This document shows, in pieces, positions 1 through 10,469 of a stretch of 64,000 nt of DNA; the first letter of the stretch is position 1; every line of letters starts with the position of its first letter. This DNA comes from Harriotta raleighana. Lineage: Eukaryota. A program made the position numbers and the translations under genes. A model generated the notes under the pieces. That model searched no databases. It was not told where the DNA came from and saw nothing but the letters and a program-made list of their open reading frames with translations. The stretch covers positions 1,752,487-1,816,486 of the forward strand of contig JBNZDD010013649.1 in NCBI GenBank assembly GCA_050575255.1. The letters run 5' to 3'.

Positions 1-1110
1 GCCGGGCAAGGATGGGGGGTAATGGGGTCGCAGAGCCTGGTGCAGGAGAGTACAGGAGGCCGATAAGGAGGGAGTTTCTGTAGTCGAGCCTTAAGTTAGC
101 AAATGTGTGAGGGTTTTGGTGGTCTGAGGGGTGAGACAGTGGCAGAGTCTGGCAATGTAGTAGAGGAAGTGGAAGGCAGTGTTGGTAATGGCATGGATAT
201 AGGGAAGAAAGAACAATTGAGGGTCGAACAAGGCTTTGTGAGGTGGAGTGTGCAACCATGGATGCTGATGCTGCCAATGCTTGAGGTGTGGAGGTGCTAG
301 CACGAGCTAATCAGGAGGGCCTTGGTCTTGCTGACGTTCAGCTGTAGAAAGTTATCTCTCATTCAGGACTTGATGTCTGACAGGTAGTCTGTCAGGTCGC
401 CAATTGTTCCAGAATGCCTCGAGGTTGGAGGCAGAGAGACAGAGTTGTGTGTCATCCATGCACTTGTGGAAATTGACCATCTGTAGAGGTTGAAGGCGAT
501 GAGACTGAGGACAGAGCCCTGAGGAACACTGCACAGAAGAGATACCGTCAGCGGAGGCAAATTGGAAATGGTGTAAAAAATAAGACCTTATGTTGTTTGT
601 GACCTTGACCAGAATAATTTCCGTGCTGTGAGTGGCACCGAAACCCGATTAGAGAGATTCCTGAAGGAACTGTAGGAGAGGAATGAGTGAAGCTGGGAAG
701 TCCTTTCAAGGACCTTGGGGAGAAATGGAGTGGAAAGCAGGAATGCGTTCAGGGAAGGTTTCTGTAGGAGGGGGTAATTTTAGCTGTTTGAAGGGGGTGG
801 GAATGGTACCAGATGGTAGGGAGAGATTGATGGTGTTGGAGAGTAGGGGACAGAGGAGGTGGAGGTGCGAAGTAAGGAGAAGGTTGGGATGGGGTCAAGG
901 GAGCAGGTGGTGAGCTTCATAGTCAATATGGTGGTGATGAGATAGGAGGGGAAAACAGAATTCAAAATTGTGGAAGGAGGGTTGGGTAGGGGTCGGCATG
1001 TGGGGAGAGATGGGTTGGGAGTATCAGAGGCAGCTGAACGGATTCCCTCGATTTGGACTCAAGGAAATCCAACATCTCCTCAAAGACAGACCTCAATAAC
1101 ACCTTAATCT
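1..1110 (-). mobile_element. Degenerate L2 (LINE-2) ORF2/RT fragments with internal deletions
   Basis: Minus-strand translations give L2 motifs CSLDPIPT, VPQGSVL, DDTQL and LTDYLSDIKS in different frames; homologous to the better-preserved copy at 5207-5752. Confidence 0.85.
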
Positions 1111-1555
1111 TCCTCCAAATATTAACTATCATCAGTGTGCATTTGGAGCATTCAATTTCAGACAAATGGGTGCTCTGTGTTCTGATCCCTGTCACTTATG
1201 AACGGAAGATCTTTCATTGCTGTCTTCCAAGTTAAATGTGTCATTCTTCAGTGGCATTTGTCTCTGGAAGCTAGAATTTCCTTAATTTGCTAAGTGTAGG
1301 TTGAATAAGGTGGGTTAAAGGGGTGGGGGGGCGAGAGGCAGAGAGGTATGTTGGATACCAACACAAGTTTGTGATAATTATTATCAATAATTGGGACACT
1401 TTTCTCCCATAGACAATACCCACACAGAATTACATAGAGTAATACGGCATGGAAAGAGGACATTTAGCCAAACTGATCTGTGATTGTACTCCATATAAGA
1501 TCCTCTCAGCTGTTCCCTTCTCTCTCGTGTATGGATCAAATATTCTGATCACAAA

Positions 1556-1668
1556 TTTCGCCCACAAATATACAGTCAATTCACTTTACAGTATATTCTG
1601 TGAAGCGCTTTGGGACGTTGATAAGATGTGAAAAGCGCTATATCAAATGCAAGGATTATTATTATTAT
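1556..1668 (+). mobile_element. 3' part of tRNA-derived SINE with (ATT)n tail
   Basis: cccacaaatatacagtcaattcactttacag...tatcaaatgcaaggattattatt, matching the 3' end of the full copy at 3647-3963. Confidence 0.9.
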
Positions 1669-1752
1669 ACATTGATGCTATTTTCTTCAACCGTAACTTT
1701 CAGGATATACATTCCAACAAGTGTAGATCTAGGACAGTGATAACCCACAAGT

Positions 1753-1875
1753 AAAACGTACCATTAGATGTGCAGGGTTGTGAAGACGTTAGGGAATCTT
1801 GANCGGTGGTCGCCGTATCATTAAAAAAACGTACCATTAGATGTGCAGGGTTGTGAAGACGTTAGGGAATCTTGA
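1753..1875. other. Assembly artefact: Illumina adapter remnant between two identical 50-bp copies
   Basis: N at 1803, then CGGTGGTCGCCGTATCATT (1804-1822) plus an A-run, the reverse complement of the P5 adapter start; 1753-1802 is repeated at 1826-1875. Confidence 0.95.
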
Positions 1876-1882
1876 AAAAGGT

Positions 1883-2330
1883 AGAGAGAGACCTGATTAG
1901 AGGTCTTTCAAGTTCTGAAAGGTTACAAAAGGATAAATCGTAATAGATTATTTCCTCTGGTTGATGAATGGGTCACGGGAGAGCGCACATTTAAGATCAT
2001 CGGAAAAGGAATTAAAAGGGAGATTAAGAAAAAAAATCTGCACAGAGATTTGAAATTCTTTGCCAACAAACTATAGCTGAAGCAGAGCCCATAGATCAGT
2101 TTAAAAGGGAATTAGATAAGTGCTTGAGGAGAAATATTAAAGGGAGCAAACAGAAGAGTGGGATTAGATTGGTTTACGTAGAGAAAAGCACCAGCCCCAG
2201 ATTTGTAAAAGCCAATTAAATGGATGCTTGAAAAATCAGAATATTACAGTGTGCGGAGGTATGTGCAGGAGAGTAGAATTAGATTGAGTGGCTCATGTGC
2301 GGAAACATACTTGTGAGCCAACGGGCCAAA
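1883..2330 (+). mobile_element. Degenerate CR1 LINE 3' end
   Basis: Decayed RGDLIEVFK..KG...LFPL...TRGH coding sequence followed by a CR1-type 3' UTR (gggccaaatggtct). Confidence 0.75.
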
Positions 2331-2699
2331 TGGTCTATTTCTTCGCTGAAACATTAGCCCATAATATTAGCTTTCAGGCACTTTGCTCCCGCTCTCTGGA
2401 ACTTCATCCCAGAGTCCCTCCGACTGGGCCCTCCCTCTTTCAAAGCATGTACTGTACCAAAATGTTCCTCTTTGCCAGTACTTCAACCTCTTTGGCTCCC
2501 CCTTGCCCCCCCTCCCCCCATCCCGCCCAGCTTGGGTGCTCATCCACCATTGTGAACGTGCTTTGGAGATGTGAAAGACGCCTTACAAATGTGTATTGGA
2601 TTGTAACAGTCCCCTCATTGATACGGGGAGATGCAGGAAATTTCCAAGTTTAGATGGGATGCGTGCAATTCTCAGTTAAGCATGGTGATCGACATCTGT

Positions 2700-3118
2700 C
2701 AGACATCCAGCTGAGCAAGAAGAGAAGGACTGAGCTTAGCAGTCTGCTTATTTTCTTTTACCTCCCTCCCTCCCTCCTCCCGTCCTGCCCTGACTCCCTC
2801 CCTCTTTCCCTCCCTCCCGAAAATGAGTCTTTTAGTTGGTTTGTCCCAGTGTCACAGCTGAGCGTAAGGCACCCAGCCACATTCTCTTAGTCTGCACACA
2901 GAGTACAGACAGAGCTCTGCGATGCAAACTAGGCCGCCATTCAAGCTGTTAAAAGCTGTGATATAACTCCCTGTTGAGTTCTTGTCCACACATTTCTATT
3001 TTGTGAACCTCTCTCCGCTTCACAATATTGCCGAGTGGTTCTATTATTTAGTTTCACTCCTGTACGCAGAACGCAGCGGTCCCACGCTGTCTGCATTTCC
3101 AGTACAGCTGCAGACAGC
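2700..3118 (+). promoter_or_regulatory. Candidate promoter / 5' UTR of a + strand gene
   Basis: Repeat-free segment with (CCCT)n tracts at 2761-2818, an AP-1-like TGAGTC at 2824 and locally retained CpGs, upstream of an ATG and a GT donor. Confidence 0.35.
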
Positions 3119-3163
3119 ATGATTCTCCTCTACCTACTCCCTCTTCTCCTCTCTCTGTGACAG
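3119..3163 (+). other. Candidate signal-peptide first exon or uORF (MILLYLLPLLLSL-stop, then CAG|GTAGT)
   Basis: ATG at 3119 with A at -3 (acAGCATG); a run of hydrophobic codons; TGA at 3158-3160 inside a CT run, 3 nt before a GT donor at 3164. Confidence 0.3.
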
Positions 3164-3646
3164 GTAGTTAGATTGTTTAACATAACATTCTTGGAATATC
3201 AGATGTTTATTAGAAGCAGATTGCAAGCGTTCTGCCAATTGCTAGGCATTGTTGCCAAATAACTAAGGTTGAGAAGAATTCCATAAGGTCTGTTTGCATG
3301 GAGCCTTTTCTCTTGCCTTGTCTAAAGATCAGTACGTGCTGCAACTTTGTGAAGAAAACTTTTATTTTTGCAGGTATCCACAGATATGTAGTTTGATAGA
3401 AATATCAGGGTCGTAAAATAGACAGAAATATAAGGGTCATAAAATAGACAGATACTTGGATAGTACAAGATAGTGTAAAGAAATGAAGTGGTATGGGGGA
3501 AAGGGCAAGGCATTGGGATTACAAAATCTGTTCAATTCTGAACGGTTGGAACAGGATCGATGGGTCAAATGGCCTCCTCTTGTTTCTGCTTTGTTATGTT
3601 ATTAATTCTGTTCCAAAGCGATCTGCTTCGAAAGAGTTGGCATGTG

Positions 3647-3963
3647 GAGCTCCTGTGGCTTGGTGGATAGAGACTCCCCATTGAAGCATGAGACCTGTGT
3701 TCGAATCCAGGCAGAACAGGGCGAAACCTTGGGCAAGTTTCCTTACTCCACCTGCCTAATAATAATCCATCAAAAAACCACAATAATAAAAAATTGGTCA
3801 TTTCAATCTATGACTGTTTGTGGGACACTGCTGTGCGCAATTGGCTGCTGCGTTCCGCCCACAAATATACAGTCAATTCACTTTACAGTATATTCTGTGA
3901 AGCGCTTTGGAACGTCGATAAGATGTAAAAAGCGTTATATCAAATGCAAGGATTATTATTATT
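3647..3963 (+). mobile_element. Full-length tRNA-derived SINE, short subfamily
   Basis: Pol III A/B-box head (gttcgaatcc), ccttgggcaagtttccttactcc segment, shared body, L2-like tail ending in (ATT)n; many copies in the window. Confidence 0.92.
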
Positions 3964-4131
3964 GTTTAAATTCCAACAGGATCCCTTGGTAAAGAATCCC
4001 AATAAGAAACACCTCAAACGAGACCCAAGTATTTTATTTACGAATGATAATGTTTAGCAATGTTGAACGACTAGTGCTTATAGCATCTTCCACGTAGATT
4101 GTACTTTGAACTGATTCACAAAGGTGTTGGG

Positions 4132-4288
4132 GATAATAATAATAATCCTTGCATTTGATATAGTACTTTTCACGTCTTCTAGATGTTTCAAAGCGCTTCA
4201 CGGAATATACTGTAAAGTGAATTGACTGTATATTTGTGGGCAAAATGTGGTAGTCAATTGTGCACAGCGCACTGTCCCACAAACAGTT
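4132..4288 (-). mobile_element. SINE 3' half, inverted relative to 3647-3963
   Basis: ataataataataatccttgcatttgatatag... is the reverse complement of the SINE tail and body. Confidence 0.9.
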
Positions 4289-4504
4289 GTACTTTGGAGG
4301 AAGGAAGAGAAGGGGAACTTGGTTAAAGTATTTTGGTCAAAAGCATAGTCAAAGAGAAGTTTTAATGGGTTGGAGGAAACAACAACAACAACAACAAAAT
4401 TACATTTATAGAGCGCGTTTCACGTCAGGAGGACGTCCCAAGGCGCTTGACAGTTGGTTTAAGACCCGAGCAGGGGGAAATGTTCAGGGCGAGGGGTGGG
4501 GGGG

Positions 4505-5206
4505 NNNNNNNNNNNNNNNNNNNNNNNNNNNNNNNNNNNNNNNNNNNNNNNNNNNNNNNNNNNNNNNNNNNNNNNNNNNNNNNNNNNNNNNNNNNNNNNN
4601 NNNNNNNNNNNNNNNNNNNNNNNNNNNNNNNNNNNNNNNNNNNNNNNNNNNNNNNNNNNNNNNNNNNNNNNNNNNNNNNNNNNNNNNNNNNNNNNNNNNN
4701 NNNNNNNNNNNNNNNNNNNNNNNNNNNNNNNNNNNNNNNNNNNNNNNNNNNNNNNNNNNNNNNNNNNNNNNNNNNNNNNNNNNNNNNNNNNNNNNNNNNN
4801 NNNNNNNNNNNNNNNNNNNNNNNNNNNNNNNNNNNNNNNNNNNNNNNNNNNNNNNNNNNNNNNNNNNNNNNNNNNNNNNNNNNNNNNNNNNNNNNNNNNN
4901 NNNNNNNNNNNNNNNNNNNNNNNNNNNNNNNNNNNNNNNNNNNNNNNNNNNNNNNNNNNNNNNNNNNNNNNNNNNNNNNNNNNNNNNNNNNNNNNNNNNN
5001 NNNNNNNNNNNNNNNNNNNNNNNNNNNNNNNNNNNNNNNNNNNNNNNNNNNNNNNNNNNNNNNNNNNNNNNNNNNNNNNNNNNNNNNNNNNNNNNNNNNN
5101 NNNNNNNNNNNNNNNNNNNNNNNNNNNNNNNNNNNNNNNNNNNNNNNNNNNNNNNNNNNNNNNNNNNNNNNNNNNNNNNNNNNNNNNNNNNNNNNNNNNN
5201 NNNNNN
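4505..5206. other. Assembly gap (702 N)
   Basis: Run of N bases. Confidence 1.
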
Positions 5207-5752
5207 AGTAGTCGTGGAGTTGAGGGTAGAGGAGGAAAGGTAGAGTTGGGTGTCATCCGCATACATGTGGAAGTTAACCCCATGTCTGCGGATGATGTCA
5301 CCAAGGGGGAGCATATAGAGGGTGAAGAGGAGAGGACCAAGGACAGAGCCCTGAGGGACGCCGCACGAGACAGTGCGGGGGCTGGAGGAAAAGCCATTTG
5401 AGTGTATGAAATGAAAACGATGGGAGAGGTAGGACCTAATCCACTCAACGACAGAGCCTTGAAGGTTGAGGTGGGAGGACAGGCGGTGCAGGAGAATAGA
5501 GTGGTCGACCGTATCGAATGCGGCCGATAGGTCGAGGAGGACGAGGAGACAGAGGGAGCCCTGGTCACAGATGGTAAGGATGTCATTGGTGACCTTGACC
5601 AGGGCAGTTTCCGTGCTATGGGCAGCACCGAAACCCGACTGGAGGGGTTCAAGGAGTGAGTGGGTAGAGAGGAAAGAGTGCAGCTGGGAGGCGACGACTC
5701 TTTCCAGAACCTTGGACAGGAAGGGGAAGTTGGAGATGGGTCGGTAGCTTGA
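5207..5752 (-). pseudogene. L2 reverse transcriptase fragment, about 180 codons without stops
   Basis: [49 protein letters not shown] and YADDTQLY motifs of L2-clade RT; 5'-truncated. Confidence 0.95.
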
Positions 5753-6949
5753 AACAGGTACAACTAGAGTTTCAAGAGAGAGCTGCACAGAATGGAGGCA
5801 AGGTGTTTGAAAGCTCAGCTTCCAAGCCTGAAAAATATTGACTTTTGATATCTGGTGGACATTTTTTCTGTGTGTGTGTGTGTGTTTGTGTGGCGATAAG
5901 AACTACTGTATAATGATTGCACTCCTTCACAGATTTAGGTAATTCATAAACACACATCTTCAAGCTCAGTTTTGCATGGACGGTTCTCCAAACATTGTTG
6001 GCACATGTACTGTTGTTTCACACAGTTCCAGGCCCCAGCAGTGGAAATGAATGGTGGAGCTTTGCATGGCTGAATGTTTAAACCTTTCCCAGTCCACCAT
6101 CTGCCAAGCACATACTTGCCGATCTCTGACCACCACCTGGCACTGCAATGGGATTTTCCATTATAAGCATAGTAGGAATATGTCTGTAACATTAACAGGC
6201 AGCGTGTATTAAACCCCTCTGTGGAGGGCTATCCTGAGCTCCCTGATGGCTCTTTGAGTAAACAAACCACTGGTGTGATTTGGAGCCATACAGAACAGTA
6301 AAGCACAGATTCTGTCTCCAATTTGTACATTGTTTACTGATCTCAGTCGGGGAGCTAGTAGTTGCAATAATGTTGGCCTCAGTATCCTCTGGACAAGTTA
6401 GAGGAAAAGCACAAGTTAGAGTTGCCAGTGATGATTCAACCTGTGACTAAAGAAAATCAACTAAAGAAAATCACTGTTAGGCTCATAAAAAATCCTTTGC
6501 AAAAGCCACCGGAGGGAATAGCATAGCCTTGGAAACCAAACATCAGCATTAGCCTTTCCCTTCAGGAGAGCAAGGGAGAAAATTCAAATTGTTTTGTTGT
6601 CCTTACATAAGACGGAAGATTGCCTGGGATACATATTATTCCTGCTCTTTAGATGCAATATTTTCATCCAAGCTAACCATCTACATGGTGTGCAAGAGGA
6701 AGTGATGGATGCTCTTCCTCAGGTGTTTCGGTATTGGAGAGATTGATTTGTGGCCCCATATAGTGTTTTCATTTCTGCTCAGGTTTGTGAACAGGATCTA
6801 TAGTAGTGTCATTTGGACTGGCACAATGGTGCGTGCTCCTGTGTGAAGTTGAAAGTGTCTTGACAGGAAAGCTTTGTACAATAAGATAAATGTACTGGCA
6901 AATCTCAAAAGTTTGGTGCAGCCCAGCCAGCTTTGACGTGTAGGTTTAG

Positions 6950-7150
6950 GTTAAATAATAATGGATTATTTCCACTGGCCAGCGAGTCAGTCAGTAACTG
7001 GAGGGCACAATTTTAAAATACTAATTATAGGGGAGAGGGGTTAGAAGTAAAATCCTTATGTAGAGGGTGGTGAGAGTGTGGAATTCTCTGCCTCAAACCA
7101 TAGTTGAGTCCGTTTGATCAGGTTGCTAGAAAAGTTGGTTGAAGCAAGTA
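6950..7150 (+). mobile_element. Old CR1 3' fragment
   Basis: ttatttccactgg...gagggcacaattttaaa...gagggtggtgagagtgtggaattctctgcctca (RVVRVWNSLP). Confidence 0.75.
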
Positions 7151-7273
7151 CTGGACTAATTTTTTTAATAAATGTGATATTATGATCGGCAGATGGGAGG
7201 GTGGCTGTGAGAGCAGAGTGGCTAAATGGCCTACTTCATCTGAACATATCTTGTGATCTTGTGACTCAATAGA

Positions 7274-7652
7274 TAATAATAATAATCCTTGCATTGATAT
7301 AGCACTTTGTCATGTCTTCGGGACTTCTCAAAGCTCTTCACAGAATATATTGTGAAGTGAAGTAAATTGACTATATTTTGTGGGCAAAACGTAGTTGTAG
7401 CCAATTGCTTAAGCAGTGTCCCACAAACATTCGTGGATTGAGTGATCAAATTATTCTTTATTGAAGGTATCATTCCCACCGGAGAAGGATCCACCAATCG
7501 ACTAACAACCAGATTCCTTCTTACTGCTAGGTAAACAGAGGAATGTGGTGGTGTAAGGAAACTTGGCCAGGAAGTTTTGCCCTGTCTGGGAATCCAACCT
7601 AGATCCTCTTGCTTGCGAGGCAAGTACTCTTAACACTAAGCTACAGGATTCC
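7274..7652 (-). mobile_element. Full-length tRNA-derived SINE, long subfamily
   Basis: Same head and tail as 3647-3963 plus an extra internal module (ctagcagtaag..gaa..tggttgttagtcgatt), also seen at about 24290 and 61105. Confidence 0.9.
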
Positions 7653-8764
7653 AATTATTTTCAAACAAAACTGGACAGATTTTGAAGAGAAGTAATAATA
7701 AGAATTAAATAATAATCCTTACATTTGATAGAGTACCGTTCATATCGGGAGGAATATCAAAAGGTTATGAGGAGTTGGGTAGGAGAGGAGGATTACATTG
7801 ACTCAGGTGGAAAAAGCACCCGTGGAGACTTGGACCCAATGGCAGGACTGTGTTGTAACATTCTTTGTGTCTTAAGTCCCAAGGCTTTGTTGCAGAGGTA
7901 CATTACGATGCATTCCTCAGTTGATGGCACTAGTGGCCCTCAGTGAGTTATGGAATAGCTACATCAGTGCTAAGATGCTGGCATTTCCATCCAAAACACC
8001 GATCCATCCCATGTTTTTCTGCGGATATTCTCTGCAGTTCCGGACCACCACAATTCATAGAGCAGACAAACCTGGTACCTGTGAAATTATTCAGCCCTGC
8101 ATATGTAATCATATCTTACAGTTACATCCATCGATTAGTTCACTACTACAGACAGAAGTGATCCGTCCAAAGGGACAAGCTGAAAATTGTATTTGATCTC
8201 AAAGCTTAGCTGTAATTCAAGAACAGAACTAGGAAAGAATCTCCTTTGATTCTGATACTTCCCAATTTCCTGCCTATCTCTCTCTCTGTGAAGGAGAAGG
8301 AGGGGGGCAAGTAGACCCCAGAGCAGCTCGCAGGAGCATTCTTTCAACAAGCCCTTGTAGAACAGAGGAATAATTCTGTCCAGTTAAAAAAAATTCAGCA
8401 GCCCTTTCAGTTAGTCAAAACAAAAACAGAAAATACTGTGTTTTGATCTCTTCACATTTTAAATTATGCAACCTGTGCTGCACCATTCCTGCCGATGTAA
8501 GCAGAGCTTTAAAGGGCAATCCACGTACTATTACAGATTCATACTAGTACATTTTAGAACAGGCTGATAACAGTAGGAGTGTATGTAACAAGTCTCCTTG
8601 CCCTGTATGCACATTCCAGGCTGACACATGCAGCCTGCTTTGTGCTTCTGCACAGGATGCATTTGGTATGTTGCCTCTGGGGACACCCTTGTGTAAATAC
8701 AAGTAGATTTTTTTTACTGTATAATATTGGGGAGCGAGGATTTTAATCAACTTTCAGATTAGAC

Positions 8765-8933
8765 AAAACACAAAATACTGCAGATGCTGGAAATCTGAAA
8801 CAAAAACAGAAGTTGCTGGGGAACCTCAGCAGATCAGGCAGCATCCATGGAGAAAGGAAAGTGAGTCAACGTTTCGGGTCCACGACCCTTTGTCAGAACT
8901 GAGTTTTCCCAGCAACTTCTGTTTTTGCTTCAG
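8765..8933 (-). mobile_element. Penelope-type terminal-repeat element with fold-back and a degenerate minimal hammerhead ribozyme
   Basis: 35-bp inverted arms at 8795-8829 and 8899-8933 (32/35 match); the minus strand of 8864-8900 reads AGUU CUGACAA A GGGUC GUG GACCC GAAA CG UU GACU. Confidence 0.7.
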
Positions 8934-8991
8934 CTTAGAACCTTGTATAGATTGAAGATTTAGATTTGCATTAGTTCTGAATATTGTAAGT

Positions 8992-9100
8992 ATAATAATA
9001 ATAATACTTGCATTTGATATAACGCTTTTTACATCTTTCTCGTCTCAAAGCGCTTCACAGAATATACTGTAAAGTGAATTGACTTTATATTTGTGGGCAA
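8992..9100 (-). mobile_element. SINE 3' fragment
   Basis: Reverse complement of the SINE tail. Confidence 0.85.
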
Positions 9101-10469
9101 CTGTATAAATCTGCAGTAACAAAGCCTTTTGCCTGCAAAGGTTGAACATTATTACCAACGTATAAAATGTTTCCCCTAATGCGATCTTCATCCTTTGTGA
9201 GTCATTATGTGCATTGTCGGCCTTTTCTTGCCATTTGGATTTCTACTATTAATACTGCAATTAAAAATGTTTTTAAAATTCCTGCCGGCCCACTCTCTCC
9301 TTTCACAGTCCCACCTCATTATCCTTGCTGGCCTTCAGTGCCCAAAGGTTGTCAACTTTGACTCAGTTCGAATCCTGTAAACAGAATAGCTTATTCGCTA
9401 TCTTCTGTTTGTGGTATCATCTTTTTTGGCACCAAAAAAAGCCACTAAATGTCAGAACAGCTTTGTCATTACACTTAGCTGGAAATTCTGTCTCCCTGAA
9501 CTGGATCTTCCTCAGTATCAGACCGCCTAGCCAGGTTTTCAATGTCAAGCTTTCAGGACATGGGTAAACTATGGAGGGAATCTAGGAACAGAAGTCAACC
9601 ATTCTGTCTTATCATTTTGTTATATCCCGGCAGATTTCTTAGTTCCATTTCCCTACTTTTTCTCCAGATCACTTGCTTTGCAATTATATTATCCATCTGC
9701 TTTAGATCCTTTGAATAGAGGGATGGGTTGATGCCTGTCTAATCATTCATTACTTTAAACAGAGACGAGAGATTCTGTACAGTCGCAGTTTGTGATTGTT
9801 TCCCAAAATGTTTTAAAACACTTTATTCTTTGATGTAATAATCGACATAACGTAAACCACTTCTTTCTCTACCTCCCTCATCTCCACCAGAGTTCAGCTG
9901 CTAACATGCTTTGCTCCCAGTGCTCCTTCCATTGTATTGTAAACGAGCCAGCTTTCCTCCGTGGCCTGTTGAGCCCTTTTTACTTGTTCCATTTTGAAGA
10001 CAAATACAAAAAGCGCAATAAATCATCCATTACAATCAAAATGTCACATTCAGTCAACAGTGGAACAAAAGATGAGGTTCTGTACACAATGGAACCATCA
10101 ACATGGTGACCAGACACACGTTGACCCCTGCAAGAGGCAGCCAACAGGCCTGGGGAGAAAAGACCTGCATCCATCAGGAAAATAATCCGTGAAATATTTT
10201 ATCCAGAATATGTTTTTAATTTATTCATTTTGAAAACCTTTATTCTTTACAATCAGTTCTCCGAACACCCGAGTTTTTAAAGAGTCTAAAAAGTACCGAC
10301 CAGAGAGATAAAAAATATATTACGGAGCAGGGTTGGAGCAAGTATTTACATGGATCGGGAATCTATTTCATTATTTTCTGCAAAAAAAGCACCTCAGTCT
10401 TCAAGGAGCTGTTACTGCATAAATTGCCTCTGTAAAACTCTGTGAAGAGAAATGTTAATGGGCTGCATT

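Larger units (their letters stand above)
4378..5752 (-). mobile_element. 5'-truncated young L2 LINE spanning an N gap
   Basis: (AAC)n tail and L2 3' stem-loop at 4378-4500; RT reading frame on the other side of the gap in the same orientation. Confidence 0.88.

Noticed and set aside
1721-1730. GTGTAGATCT, which matches another part of the Illumina adapter
   Set aside because: Only 10 bp, embedded in continuous genomic-looking sequence and separate from the remnant at 1804; may be chance.
3119-3163. Assigning a gene symbol from the signal-peptide-like string
   Set aside because: Leucine-rich leaders are not diagnostic, and no downstream exon was recognised in the window.
4260-5401. Long ORFs of 254-434 aa in the ORF track
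   Set aside because: They are inflated by the N gap; only 5207-5752 on the minus strand is real coding-derived sequence.
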